Assembly (NCBI GenBank): GCA_016219005.1
Contig: JACRCN010000054.1
Span: 17,519-81,518, forward strand
From: Deltaproteobacteria bacterium
Lineage (GTDB): Bacteria > Desulfobacterota > Desulfobacteria > Desulfobacterales > SpSt-501
Direction of reading: 5' to 3'
Length of the DNA stretch: 64,000 bases
Positions 52,337 to 63,916 of this stretch are shown piece after piece. Numbering within the stretch: position 1 is the stretch's first letter; each line of letters starts with the position of its first letter. Under the pieces are notes generated by a model. The model did no database searches. It was not told the origin of the DNA and saw only the letters and a list, made by a program, of their open reading frames with translations. Position numbers and translations under genes: made by a program.

Positions 52337-53914
52337 TTGAAACGCTTTTCTGTCAGACTGGTGATCGTTCTGGCGGCGGTCGTTGCCGCAATCGTCTTGT
52401 GCCTGCCCACATTCCGACCCGAGCTCTGGCCCCACAAGAAGATCAATCTCGGCCTGGATCTGCAGGGCGGCATGCACCTGGTTCTGGAAGTCAACACCGA
52501 AAAGGCCGTCGAATCCTCCGTCGAGCGCAATTTCCAGGAAGTCCGGGAACTGGTGAAAAAGAACCAGATCCAAAACGTTTCCGTGGAGCGCCCCAGCCCG
52601 CTGAAGATCGCGATCCAGGTGCAAGGCAAAGAAAGCGTCGACAAGTTTAAAACCCTCCTGGACAAGGACCTGCGCGACCTTCGGATAAGCAGCCGGCGCG
52701 AAGACACGGAGAGCTATGCGGCGGTTCTCGACCTGCCGGACAAGGAAAGTGATCATATCAAGAAAATGTCGGTGGACCAGGCGCTCGAAACGATCCGCAA
52801 CCGCGTCGACCAGTTCGGCGTGTCCGAACCGGACATCCGTCGCCAGGGCGAAAACCGGATTCTGATCCAGCTGCCGGGGATCACGGACACCCAGCGGGCC
52901 AAGGACCTGATCGGTCGCACGGCGCTGCTGGAATTCAAACTGGTGGACGAGGCCCATGACCTCAACTCCGCCCTGCAGGGCAGTGTCCCGGCCGGCAGCG
53001 AAATCCTCTATAAGTTCGACGAGGACCGCAGTACCCATAAAACCGGTAAGACCCCTTTCCTGCTGAAGAAAGGCACTCTGCTCACCGGCGCGTCGCTCAC
53101 GGACGCCCGGGTTCAACTCGACTCCCAATACGGCGAGCCCTACGTTTCGATCGAGTTCGACCGCAAGGGCGCCCGGGCGTTCGAGCGCGTCACCGGCGAG
53201 AATGTCAACAAGCGTCTGGCCATCGTGCTCGACAACAAGGTCTACTCCGCCCCGACGATCCAGGAGCGTATCGCGGGCGGTAAGGCCCGCATCACCGGCC
53301 GCTTCACCATGGAAGAGGCGCGCGATCTCGCTATCATCCTGCGGGCCGGCGCCCTGCCCGCTCCGGTCACCATTTTGGAAGAGCGGACCGTGGGGCCATC
53401 CCTGGGCTACGACTCCATCCGCCAGGGGCTGATCGCCATGTCGGTCGGCGGCGCCTTGCTTCTGATCTTCATGGGCATTTACTACCGGCTTTCCGGCCTG
53501 CTCGCCGACTTTGAGGTCCTTCTCAACGTCGTGCTCACGGGGGCCGGGCTGGCGGCGTTGGGCGCGACCCTCACGCTGCCGGGCATTGCCGGTACCATTC
53601 TCTCGGTCGGTATGGCGTTGGACAACAACATTCTGATTTACGAGCGCATCCGCGAGGAGCTGCGGGTCGGCAAGACACCGCGCGGTGCGGTGGACGCGGG
53701 GTTTGACCGCGCCACCCTCACCATCCTGGACGCCAACGTGACCACGCTGATTGCGGCCGCCGTGCTCTACCAGTTCGGGACAGGGCCGGTGAAGGGCTTT
53801 GCCGTCACGTTGAGCCTGGGGGTGGTCGCCAGTATCTTCACCGCCGTCGTCGTGTCACGTGTGGTGTTCGACTACATCCTGGACACGTACAAGGTCAAGA
53901 AGATCAGCATCTGA
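52337..53914 (+). CDS. secD: Protein translocase subunit SecD
   Basis: I start at TTG 52337 after AAGGATG ((M)KRFSVRLVIVLAAVVAAIV). Motifs: LGLDLQGG, RVDQFGVSEP, ILRAGALPAP, and a C-terminal 6-TM domain. The upstream 60 codons of the ORF track cover the hairpin spacer. Confidence 0.85.
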   Translation: MKRFSVRLVIVLAAVVAAIVLCLPTFRPELWPHKKINLGLDLQGGMHLVLEVNTEKAVESSVERNFQEVRELVKKNQIQNVSVERPSPLKIAIQVQGKESVDKFKTLLDKDLRDLRISSRREDTESYAAVLDLPDKESDHIKKMSVDQALETIRNRVDQFGVSEPDIRRQGENRILIQLPGITDTQRAKDLIGRTALLEFKLVDEAHDLNSALQGSVPAGSEILYKFDEDRSTHKTGKTPFLLKKGTLLTGASLTDARVQLDSQYGEPYVSIEFDRKGARAFERVTGENVNKRLAIVLDNKVYSAPTIQERIAGGKARITGRFTMEEARDLAIILRAGALPAPVTILEERTVGPSLGYDSIRQGLIAMSVGGALLLIFMGIYYRLSGLLADFEVLLNVVLTGAGLAALGATLTLPGIAGTILSVGMALDNNILIYERIREELRVGKTPRGAVDAGFDRATLTILDANVTTLIAAAVLYQFGTGPVKGFAVTLSLGVVASIFTAVVVSRVVFDYILDTYKVKKISI

Positions 53915-53961
53915 GTCTCCTCCGACGAAGGCCCTAACTTTCGCATAAAGGAACACGTTGT

Positions 53962-55005
53962 ATGTCATTCGAATTCATCAAAGCCAACATCAATCTGGAC
54001 TTCGTGGGCAAGCGCAAGCTCGCTTACACCTTTTCCGGGATCCTGCTTCTGCTCAGCATCCTTTCTCTGATCATTCGCGGTCCCAACTACGGGGTCGATT
54101 TTGCCGGAGGGTCCATCATCCAGATCAGGTTTTCGGGAGCCGCCCCGATCGAAAAAATCAAGGACGGCCTGCGCACGATCAACATCGAAAATGTCTCGGT
54201 TCAGAGTATCGGTGATGCAAAAGACAATGAATACCTGATCCGCACCGATGCGAACATCAGCGGCCAGGAGCTCAATCGCGAGCTGAAAAAAGTGCTGGAA
54301 ACCAGCGTGGGGGCCAGCGCAGATATCCGCCGGGTCGAGATGGTCGGACCGCAGGTCGGCAATGACTTGAAGGAAAAAGCCCTGCTGGCGATCCTGTTCT
54401 CGCTGCTGCTGACCGCCGTATACATTTCAGGACGTTTTGAGTTCAAGTGGCACCAGAGCGCAATCATCGCGGTCGTTCTGGGAGGGGCCGTTTATTTTCT
54501 GTACACCTCCGGCGTACCCATGCCGTATATCATCCCCGCCGCCCTTGCGGTCACACTGGTCACTTTTTGGGTGTTCGGGCTCAAGTATGCCCTCGGCGCC
54601 ATCGTGGCCCTGATCCACGACGTCACGATCTCGGCCGGCGTGCTCTCGTTCCTCGGCAAAGAATTCACCATCACGGTCATCGCGGCCCTGCTCACCATCA
54701 TCGGCTATTCACTGAACGACACGATCATCGTCTACGACCGTATCCGAGAAAACGTCAAAAAGCTCCCCAAAACATATCTGGGAATCATCATCAACCGCAG
54801 TGTCAACGAGACCCTGAGCCGGACGATCATGACCCAGGGACTGACCCTTGTCATGGTCGTCTCCCTGTACTTTCTAGGGGGCGACATCATACATGATTTC
54901 GCCCTCGCGCTCCTCGTTGGGTTCATGGTGGGCACCTATTCCTCAATCTACGTGGCCAGTCCCATCGTGCTCACCTGGGAGGAACGCTCTAAAATGAAGA
55001 AATGA
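53962..55005 (+). CDS. secF: Protein translocase subunit SecF
   Basis: NYGVDFAGGS, GYSLNDTIIVYDRIRE, and SecF-type TM helices. Confidence 0.9.
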   Translation: MSFEFIKANINLDFVGKRKLAYTFSGILLLLSILSLIIRGPNYGVDFAGGSIIQIRFSGAAPIEKIKDGLRTINIENVSVQSIGDAKDNEYLIRTDANISGQELNRELKKVLETSVGASADIRRVEMVGPQVGNDLKEKALLAILFSLLLTAVYISGRFEFKWHQSAIIAVVLGGAVYFLYTSGVPMPYIIPAALAVTLVTFWVFGLKYALGAIVALIHDVTISAGVLSFLGKEFTITVIAALLTIIGYSLNDTIIVYDRIRENVKKLPKTYLGIIINRSVNETLSRTIMTQGLTLVMVVSLYFLGGDIIHDFALALLVGFMVGTYSSIYVASPIVLTWEERSKMKK

Positions 55006-55044
55006 TCGCTGCCGCATCGAGATCAGCCCGGATGACCCATACCA

Positions 55045-55071
55045 CCCCCCTTGGCCCCCAAGGGGGGTTTT
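55045..55071 (+). terminator. Rho-independent terminator after secF
   Basis: ccccccttgg ccc ccaagggggg followed by tttt. Confidence 0.75.
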
Positions 55072-55115
55072 CACGTGCCGGCGGCGAATAACCTCATCGG
55101 ACGGCAGCAGGCGAC

Positions 55116-56237
55116 TTGGACGACATTCTTTCCTGGTTTCAGTTGAAGAGCGTACCGGGAGTCGGCAATCTCCTTTTCAAAAGGCTGATCGAGCGGTTCG
55201 GCACCCCCGCCGCCGCACTGTCGGCCGCCCGGGTCGACCTTCTGGCCGTGGAGGGGGTCGGCGAGCACCTGGTCGATGCCATCCGGCACCCAGCGCAGCC
55301 CGCGGGGGCGGCGGCGGAAATCGAGCATGCCCTGTGCCAGGGCTGTCGCCTGGTCACCCTGACGGACCCGGATTTTCCGCCACTGCTGAAGGAAATCCCC
55401 GATCCGCCGCCGTTTCTTTACGTGCGCGGCGATCTGGCCGGCTGCCCGAGGCCCATCGCCGTGGTCGGCTCCCGCAACGCCACGGCCTATGGATTGGAAA
55501 CGACCCACCGGATCTGCAAGGGTCTGGCCGGGCTGGGCTTTACGGTAGTGAGCGGCATGGCGCTGGGGATCGACGCGGCGGCCCACGAAGGCGCGCTCAG
55601 CGGGCATGGCCGGACGGTGGCCGTGCTGGGCAGCGGCCTTGACAACATCTACCCGCCGCAGCATCGTAGACTCGCCGAGCGGATTGCAGCCGGCGGGGCG
55701 GTAATTTCGGAGTTCCCGCTCCAGGCCGGACCCGAGGCGCATCACTTCCCGGTCCGCAACCGCATCATCAGCGGGATGTCGCTCGGCACCGTCGTGGTGG
55801 AGGCCACCAAGAACAGTGGATCGCTCATCACCGCGCGGCTTGCCGCCGAGCAGAACCGCGAAGTGTTCGCGGTTCCGGGCAGCATCCAGTCGTTCAAGAG
55901 CATGGGCACCCATACCCTCATCAAGGAGGGTGCGAAGCTCGTGGAAAACGTTCAAGACATCGTCGCGGAACTGGGGCATTTTCTCGAGGATGACGCCCCG
56001 CCCCGGCGTGAAAGCGCTTCGGATGCACCTTGGCACCGGCTCACGGCGGCGGAAGCCGTGGTGGCCGCGGCCCTGACGGCCTATCCCGTGCACATCGACG
56101 ATCTGGTACGACGGCTGGCGATGGAAACCGGAAGCCTTTCCGGCATCCTGCTGCAGCTGGAACTGAAGGGGATCGTGACGCAACTGCCCGGCAAGCTCTT
56201 TGTGGCGGCAGGCGTTGACCGGTCACGGACCCCGTGA
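55116..56237 (+). CDS. dprA: DNA-processing protein DprA (Smf)
   Basis: VVGSRNATAYGLETT, SGMALGIDAAAHEGAL, FPVRNRIISG. TTG start. Confidence 0.9.
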   Translation: MDDILSWFQLKSVPGVGNLLFKRLIERFGTPAAALSAARVDLLAVEGVGEHLVDAIRHPAQPAGAAAEIEHALCQGCRLVTLTDPDFPPLLKEIPDPPPFLYVRGDLAGCPRPIAVVGSRNATAYGLETTHRICKGLAGLGFTVVSGMALGIDAAAHEGALSGHGRTVAVLGSGLDNIYPPQHRRLAERIAAGGAVISEFPLQAGPEAHHFPVRNRIISGMSLGTVVVEATKNSGSLITARLAAEQNREVFAVPGSIQSFKSMGTHTLIKEGAKLVENVQDIVAELGHFLEDDAPPRRESASDAPWHRLTAAEAVVAAALTAYPVHIDDLVRRLAMETGSLSGILLQLELKGIVTQLPGKLFVAAGVDRSRTP

Positions 56238-56257
56238 CATCGAGGACCTGAAATCTC

Positions 56258-58531
56258 ATGACGAAGCCGTTGGTCGTGGTGGAATCGCCGGCAAAAGTCC
56301 GGACCATCAAAAAATACCTGGGCAATGGTTACACCGTGGCCGCCACCGTCGGCCATATCCGGGACCTGCCTCAACGTGAAATGGGGATCGACGTGGACGC
56401 CGGCTTCACGCCCAAGTACACGACCATCCCCGGCAAGCAGAAGGTGCTCCAGGAGCTCAAACGGGCCGCCGCGGACGCAAAGGACATCTACCTCGCCTCC
56501 GACCCAGACCGCGAGGGCGAGGCCATTGCCTGGCATACGGCCGACGTGCTCAAGCAAAAGGGCCGGCGCTTTCACCGGGTCCTCTTCCATGAACTCACGA
56601 AAGACGCCATCGAAAAGGCCATGACCCGGCCGCTGGAGCTGGACCGCCACAAGTTCGAGGCGCAGCAGGCGCGCCGGATATTGGACCGCCTGGTGGGCTA
56701 CCAGGTCTCCCCGCTCCTGTGGCGCAAGGTCAAGGGCGGGCTGAGTGCGGGCCGGGTGCAGTCCGTGGCCGTGCGTATCATCTGCGAGCGCGAGCGTGCG
56801 ATCCAGGCCTTCGTGCCCGAGGAGTACTGGTCGATCACGGCTCATCTGCAGGCCGGCGCGCCCCCGCCGTTTGCCGCCAAGCTCGTCAAAAAGGGCAAGG
56901 AGAAGATAAGCATACCGAACGAAGCGGCGGCCCGCCAGATCCTGGACGAAATCAACGGCGCGCCCTTCATCGTGGAGAAGGTCCAGAAGAAGACCGTCCG
57001 CAAGAACCCCGCACCCCCGTTCACGACGAGCAAGCTGCAGCAGGAGTCCATCCGCAAGCTGCGGTTCACCGCCAAGAAAACCATGATGCTGGCCCAGCAG
57101 CTCTATGAGGGCATCGACTTGGGGCCCGGGGAGCCGGTGGGCCTCATCACCTACATGCGCACCGATTCGGTGCGGATCGCGGAGGTGGCCGCCGCCGAGG
57201 CGCAAGAGATCATCCGCGAGCGCTTCGGCAATAATTTCGCTCTGGAAAAGCCCCGCACCTTCAAGAACTCGAAACAGTCCCAGGATGCGCACGAAGCCAT
57301 CCGCCCCACCTCGGTCTTCAACACGCCGGAAAAAGTGGCTCCCCATCTCAGCGCCGACCAACTGGCGCTCTACCAGCTGATATGGCAGCGCTTCATCGCC
57401 TCCCAGATGCCGGAGGCCCTGATCGACCAGGTGACCGCATCCATCAAGGCCGGGGCGTACCTCTTCACCGCCACCGGCTCCGCCGTCAAGTTTGCGGGCT
57501 TCATGACGCTGTACCGCGCGGAGGAGGAGGATGGCAACGGCGACAAGGGCCGGGAGCAGCTCCCGGACCTGAACGAGGGCACCCGCCTGGATCTTCACCG
57601 TCTGGAGCCCAAACAGCATTTCACCCAGCCGCCGCCGCGCTTCTCGGAGGCATCGCTCGTGAAGGAGCTGGAGGAGAACGGCATCGGCCGCCCAAGCACC
57701 TACGCCTCCATACTGTCCACCATTCGGGACAAAGGCTACGTGGACTTGCTGCGGGGCTACTTCCGGCCGAGCGAGCTCGGCTTCATCGTGAACGACCTGC
57801 TGGTGATGAGCTTCTCGGATGTCTTCGACGTCGAGTTTACCGCGAAGATGGAAAACAACCTGGACCTGGTCGAAACCGACCAGGTCAACTCCCAGGAGAT
57901 CCTGAGCCAGTTCTACACACCGTTCAAGAAGGACCTCGACACCGCGGCCGAGAAGATGGTGAGCATCAAGGGGGTGGGCTTCGCCACGGACCTGAGCTGC
58001 CCGGAATGCGGAAGCATCCTGCACATCAAGATCGGGAAAAACGGCCACTTCATCGCCTGCAGCGCTTACCCCGAGTGCCGGTACTCGCGCGACTACACCC
58101 GCGACGAGAGAGGCCACATCCAGCCGGTGTCGCCGCCGACCGACGAGGTGACGGACAAGGTCTGCGAGAAGTGCGGCAAACCCATGGTCATCAAGAGGGG
58201 CCGCTACGGAGATTTCATAGCCTGCAGCGGCTTTCCGGATTGCAAGAACACTCAGTCCCTGTCCGTCAACGGCGGGGCCAAAAGCACCGGCGTTGCATGC
58301 CCGGAGTCGGGCTGCACCGGCGAGATCCTGGAAAAGACCTCCAAGCGCGGCAAGGTGTTCTACGGCTGCAACCGCTACCCGGACTGCGGCTTCGCCACCT
58401 GGGACAAGCCCGTCGCCCGGGAGTGCCCGGCCTGCGGGGCCAAATTACTGGTGGAGCGCACGACCAAGAAGCAGGGGACCGTCCATTCGTGCCTGAATCC
58501 GGATTGCGGGTTCAAGGAGCAGGTCGGGTAG
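56258..58531 (+). CDS. topA: DNA topoisomerase I
   Basis: Toprim VVVESPAKVRTIKKYLG, DPDREGEAIAWH, the active-site Tyr region YMRTDS, and four C-terminal CxxC...CxxC zinc ribbons. Confidence 0.95.
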   Translation: MTKPLVVVESPAKVRTIKKYLGNGYTVAATVGHIRDLPQREMGIDVDAGFTPKYTTIPGKQKVLQELKRAAADAKDIYLASDPDREGEAIAWHTADVLKQKGRRFHRVLFHELTKDAIEKAMTRPLELDRHKFEAQQARRILDRLVGYQVSPLLWRKVKGGLSAGRVQSVAVRIICERERAIQAFVPEEYWSITAHLQAGAPPPFAAKLVKKGKEKISIPNEAAARQILDEINGAPFIVEKVQKKTVRKNPAPPFTTSKLQQESIRKLRFTAKKTMMLAQQLYEGIDLGPGEPVGLITYMRTDSVRIAEVAAAEAQEIIRERFGNNFALEKPRTFKNSKQSQDAHEAIRPTSVFNTPEKVAPHLSADQLALYQLIWQRFIASQMPEALIDQVTASIKAGAYLFTATGSAVKFAGFMTLYRAEEEDGNGDKGREQLPDLNEGTRLDLHRLEPKQHFTQPPPRFSEASLVKELEENGIGRPSTYASILSTIRDKGYVDLLRGYFRPSELGFIVNDLLVMSFSDVFDVEFTAKMENNLDLVETDQVNSQEILSQFYTPFKKDLDTAAEKMVSIKGVGFATDLSCPECGSILHIKIGKNGHFIACSAYPECRYSRDYTRDERGHIQPVSPPTDEVTDKVCEKCGKPMVIKRGRYGDFIACSGFPDCKNTQSLSVNGGAKSTGVACPESGCTGEILEKTSKRGKVFYGCNRYPDCGFATWDKPVARECPACGAKLLVERTTKKQGTVHSCLNPDCGFKEQVG

Positions 58532-58609
58532 ACGTGTCGACTGAGCCGATCGAACCCTTTGAGTCGGTTGCGATGGACTGACCGCCGTCAGCCGTATGCT
58601 ACAATTCCC

Positions 58610-58638
58610 TTGACATTGCTTCGGCGGCCTGTTAGCGT
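58610..58638 (+). promoter_or_regulatory. Candidate sigma70 promoter of the ilv leader (TTGACA-N17-TAGCGT)
   Basis: Perfect -35 at 58610..58615, a 17-nt spacer, then a -10 at 58633..58638 with T1, A2 and T6 conserved. Confidence 0.45.
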
Positions 58639-58671
58639 TAAGGAAAATTCAACTTCAACGAATAGCGTTTT

Positions 58672-58773
58672 ATGCAGAAGCTGATCGCCATTATCAACGT
58701 AATCGTACTTAGGCTCATTCTTATCGTCGGCCTCATTACCGGCGATGAGAAACAGGGGTTGGTAATGGTGTAA
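58672..58773 (+). CDS. ilv operon leader peptide (33 aa; 18 residues are Ile, Leu or Val)
   Basis: MQKLIAIINVIVLRLILIVGLITGDEKQGLVMV has 7 Ile, 6 Leu and 5 Val. It is followed by alternative pairing segments and a terminator directly upstream of ilvB. There is no strong SD. Confidence 0.65.
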   Translation: MQKLIAIINVIVLRLILIVGLITGDEKQGLVMV

Positions 58774-58791
58774 GCAAAGCATCCCGAAAAT

Positions 58792-58837
58792 AAAAAAATC
58801 CGTTACCAGCCCTGGAGGCGGTAACGGATTTTTTTTT
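58792..58837 (+). terminator. Attenuator (Rho-independent terminator) between the leader peptide and ilvB
   Basis: aaaaaaatccgttacc (12-nt loop) ggtaacggattttttttt forms a 10-bp stem plus a U-tract. The upstream segment ggtaatgg (58761..58768) can pair either with tcattacc (58733..58740) or with ccgttacc (58800..58807), giving 1:2 / 2:3 / 3:4 alternatives. Confidence 0.75.
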
Positions 58838-58866
58838 GCTCAAACTCGGCACGGAGACGACGGCTT

Positions 58867-60549
58867 ATGATGACAGGCGCCCAGATCCTGATGAACATCC
58901 TGAAAGACGAGAACGTGGATACCATTTTCGGATTTCCCGGAGGAGCCGTCATCGACATTTATGACGAGCTTGCCCGGACCGGCATCCGTCACATACTGGT
59001 CCGGCATGAGCAGGGTGCGGTGCACGCCGCCGACGGCTATGCCCGGGCGAGCGGCAAGGTGGGGGTGTGCCTGGTCACCTCCGGGCCCGGGGCCACCAAC
59101 ACGGTGACCGGGATCGCCTCGGCCTTCGCCGACTCCATTCCCATCGTTGTGCTCACCGGCCAGGTGCCGACCCATCTCATCGGCAACGACGCCTTCCAGG
59201 AAGTGGACATCGTCGGCATCACGCGCTCCTGCACCAAGCACAACTACCTCGTAGAGTCGATCACCGACCTGGCCCGGATCCTCAAGGAGGCCTTCTACCT
59301 CGCCCGCTCGGGCCGGCCCGGTCCGGTGCTCGTCGATATCCCGAAAAACATCGCCAGCGCCAAAACCGACTTCACGCCCCCCGGGGACGTGCGCCTGCGC
59401 TCGTACAACCCGACCTACCGACCGAACCAGAAGCAAATGCGCGAAGTCGTCCGGCTCCTCCAGGCGGCCGAGCGCCCGCTGATCTTCGCCGGAGGGGGGG
59501 TAATTCTCTCCAAGGGTGCGGCCGAGCTGACGCACCTGGCGCAGACGGCCCGCATCCCCGTCACGACCTCGCTGATGGGCCTGGGAGCGTTCCCGGGCTC
59601 GGATCCGCTCTTTCTCGGAATGATCGGGATGCACGGCACCTACGCGGCCAACATGAGCGCATCGACCTGCGACCTCATGCTGGCCGTCGGCGTGCGCTTC
59701 GACGATCGCGTGACCGGGAAAACCGACGCGTTCGCGCGCCAGGCCGCCATCGTGCACATCGACATCGACCCGACCTCGATCCGCAAGAACATCCCGGTCA
59801 GCGTTCCCCTCGTCGGCGACTGCCGCATCAGCCTGCAGATGTTGAACGAGATGACCGGGACCGCGGCGGGCGATGCGCCCAGCCCCGCGCGCGTCGAGTG
59901 GCTCGGCCGGATCGCGGAATGGAAGCGGACCCAGCCGCTGTCGTATCATCAGGGGGAGTCCATCAAGCCCCAACACGTCGTCGAAAAAGTGTGCGAGCTA
60001 ACCCGGGGAGAGGCGATCATCACCACCGAGGTCGGTCAGAACCAGATGTGGGCCGCCCAGTTCTACCGGTTCGATCACCCCAACCGATTCATCACCTCCG
60101 GCGGGCTGGGCTGCATGGGCTTCGGGCTGCCGGCGGCCATCGGCGCCCAGATCGCCTGCCCGGACCAGGTGGTAGTGGACATCGCCGGCGACGGCAGCAT
60201 CCAGATGAACATCCAGGAGATGGCCACCGCTGTCCAGTACAACCTGCCCATCAAGATCGTCATCCTCAACAACGGCTACCTCGGCATGGTGCGCCAGTGG
60301 CAGGAGCTATTCTACGGCCGGCGCTACAGCTCCACCCGCATGAATCACGCGCCGGACTTCGTCAAGCTTGCCGAGGCTTACGGCGCGGTGGGCCTGCGGG
60401 CGACCCGCCCCGAGGAGATGGAGCCGGTGCTGAAGCAGGGCCTGGCGGAACGCAAGCCGGTGATCATGGACATCGTGGTCGAAGCCGAAGAGGGCGTCTA
60501 TCCGATGGTCCCGTCCGGCGCGCCGATCACCGAAATGCTTTTGGTGTGA
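58867..60549 (+). CDS. ilvB: Acetolactate synthase large subunit
   Basis: GFPGGAVIDIYDEL, VTSGPGATN, and the TPP motif GGLGCMGFGLPAAIGA...GDGSIQMNIQE. Confidence 0.95.
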   Translation: MMTGAQILMNILKDENVDTIFGFPGGAVIDIYDELARTGIRHILVRHEQGAVHAADGYARASGKVGVCLVTSGPGATNTVTGIASAFADSIPIVVLTGQVPTHLIGNDAFQEVDIVGITRSCTKHNYLVESITDLARILKEAFYLARSGRPGPVLVDIPKNIASAKTDFTPPGDVRLRSYNPTYRPNQKQMREVVRLLQAAERPLIFAGGGVILSKGAAELTHLAQTARIPVTTSLMGLGAFPGSDPLFLGMIGMHGTYAANMSASTCDLMLAVGVRFDDRVTGKTDAFARQAAIVHIDIDPTSIRKNIPVSVPLVGDCRISLQMLNEMTGTAAGDAPSPARVEWLGRIAEWKRTQPLSYHQGESIKPQHVVEKVCELTRGEAIITTEVGQNQMWAAQFYRFDHPNRFITSGGLGCMGFGLPAAIGAQIACPDQVVVDIAGDGSIQMNIQEMATAVQYNLPIKIVILNNGYLGMVRQWQELFYGRRYSSTRMNHAPDFVKLAEAYGAVGLRATRPEEMEPVLKQGLAERKPVIMDIVVEAEEGVYPMVPSGAPITEMLLV

Positions 60550-60564
60550 CAAAGGAGGCCCCGG

Positions 60565-61053
60565 ATGGCGGAAGACAAACATGTCATGACCATGCTGGTA
60601 GACAATCAGCCCGGCGTCACGTCGCGGGTGACGGGACTTTTCAGCAGCAAGGGCTTCAACATCGAAAGCATCTGCGGCAGCCCGACCAACGACCCCAACG
60701 TGTCGCGCATCACCATTGTGACGGCGGCCAATCCGCCGGTCATCGAGCAGATCGAAAAACAGCTGCGCAAACTCGTCAACGTCATCAAGCTGCGCAGCCT
60801 CAACGGTCCCAAGTCGGTCCGGCGCGAGCTCGCCCTCATCTGCGTCCATGCCAAGGCCGAGCAGCGCGCGGAGGTGCTCCGGATCGTAGACATTTTCCGA
60901 GGCAAAATCGTCGACGCGGGCCTCGAGCACTTCATCATCGAAGTGACCGGTGAAGAGGCGAAGATCCAGGCCGTCCTGAACCTGCTCAAACCCATCGGAA
61001 TCAAGAAGCTCGCCCGGACGGGCATGATCGGGTTGATCCGGGAACCGAAATGA
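60565..61053 (+). CDS. ilvN: Acetolactate synthase small (regulatory) subunit
   Basis: ACT domain LVDNQPGVTSRVTGLFSSKGFNIESI, with a C-terminal AHAS small-subunit domain. Confidence 0.9.
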   Translation: MAEDKHVMTMLVDNQPGVTSRVTGLFSSKGFNIESICGSPTNDPNVSRITIVTAANPPVIEQIEKQLRKLVNVIKLRSLNGPKSVRRELALICVHAKAEQRAEVLRIVDIFRGKIVDAGLEHFIIEVTGEEAKIQAVLNLLKPIGIKKLARTGMIGLIREPK

Positions 61054-61191
61054 AAGCGTCGAGGGGCCGGGGGAGCCTGGGTTCACGTGCCGGACAACCT
61101 GCTTTTCACATGGAACCTTGAAGCCTCGTAACGCACAGAATCGAGAAGTCACCCATAGAGAAATTAAACCACAAAACGAAGGAGCAATCAG

Positions 61192-62241
61192 ATGGCAACA
61201 TTCGATTTCGGCGGAATGATGGAAGAAGTGGTGAAGGACGACGAGTTCCCCCTGCAGCGTGCCCGGGAAGTACTGAAAAACGAAGTGGTGGCCGTGATCG
61301 GCTATGGCGTCCAGGGGCCGGGGCAGGCGCTCAACATGCGCGACAACGGCATCCGGGTCATCGTGGGACAACGCACGGGCGGAAAGTCCTGGCAGCGGGC
61401 GATGGACGACGGGTTCGTCCCCGGCGAGACGCTCTTTTCACCGGAAGAGGCGGCCCGGCGCGCCACCGTCGTGCAGTACCTGCTCTCGGATGCCGGGCAG
61501 GTGGCCATGTGGCCGAAGATCAAAGCCTGCCTGACGGAGGCCAATACGCTGTATTTCTCCCACGGCTTTTCCATCGTCTACAAGGACCAGACCGGGATTA
61601 TCCCGCCGCCCAACGTGGATGTCGTCCTGGTGGCGCCCAAGGGCTCCGGCCGCACGGTGCGCACGAACTTCCTGAACGGCTCCGGCATCAACGCGAGCTT
61701 CGCCGTCTTCCAGGACTACACCGGCAAGGCCCGGGAGAAGACCCTGGCCCTGGGGATCGCCATCGGCTCGGGTTACCTCTTCCCCACCACCTTCGAGCGC
61801 GAAGTCGTGAGTGACCTCACCGGCGAGCGGGGTATCCTGATGGGCGCTCTCGCCGGGGTCATGGAGGCCCAGTACACCCTGCTGCGCAAGCACGGCCACA
61901 CCCCGAGCGAGGCGTTCAACGAAACCGTGGAGGAGCTCACCCAGAGCCTCATCGGGCTGGTGGGCGAAAAGGGCATGGACTGGATGTTCGCCAACTGTTC
62001 CACCACGGCCCAGCGCGGGGCACTGGACTGGGCGCCCCGGTTCCGGGACGCGGTGGCCCCGGTCTTCGATGAGCTCTACCAGCGGGTCACGAGCGGCCAG
62101 GAGACGCGGCGGGTGCTCGAGGCCAACAGCACCCCGGACTACCGCGAAAAACTCGACCGGGAGCTTGCCGCCATGCACAACTCCGAGATGTGGCGGGCAG
62201 GGGCTGCCGTGCGCTCGCTCAGGCCCGAAAACCGGAAATAA
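61192..62241 (+). CDS. ilvC: Ketol-acid reductoisomerase (class I)
   Basis: VIGYGVQGPGQALNMRDNG, APKGSGRTVR, ERGILMGAL, and a knotted C-terminal domain. SD AAGGAG. Confidence 0.9.
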   Translation: MATFDFGGMMEEVVKDDEFPLQRAREVLKNEVVAVIGYGVQGPGQALNMRDNGIRVIVGQRTGGKSWQRAMDDGFVPGETLFSPEEAARRATVVQYLLSDAGQVAMWPKIKACLTEANTLYFSHGFSIVYKDQTGIIPPPNVDVVLVAPKGSGRTVRTNFLNGSGINASFAVFQDYTGKAREKTLALGIAIGSGYLFPTTFEREVVSDLTGERGILMGALAGVMEAQYTLLRKHGHTPSEAFNETVEELTQSLIGLVGEKGMDWMFANCSTTAQRGALDWAPRFRDAVAPVFDELYQRVTSGQETRRVLEANSTPDYREKLDRELAAMHNSEMWRAGAAVRSLRPENRK

Positions 62242-62276
62242 CCGATCGGGGGTTTTCCACCCCGGTGGAGACACCG

Positions 62277-63911
<1,635 letters not shown>

Positions 63912-63916
63912 CTTCC

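Noticed and set aside
58588-58782. 64-aa minus-strand ORF in the topA-ilvB spacer
   Set aside because: It is the antisense reading of the ILV-rich leader peptide region and has no SD or motif. The plus-strand leader/attenuator interpretation explains the sequence far better.
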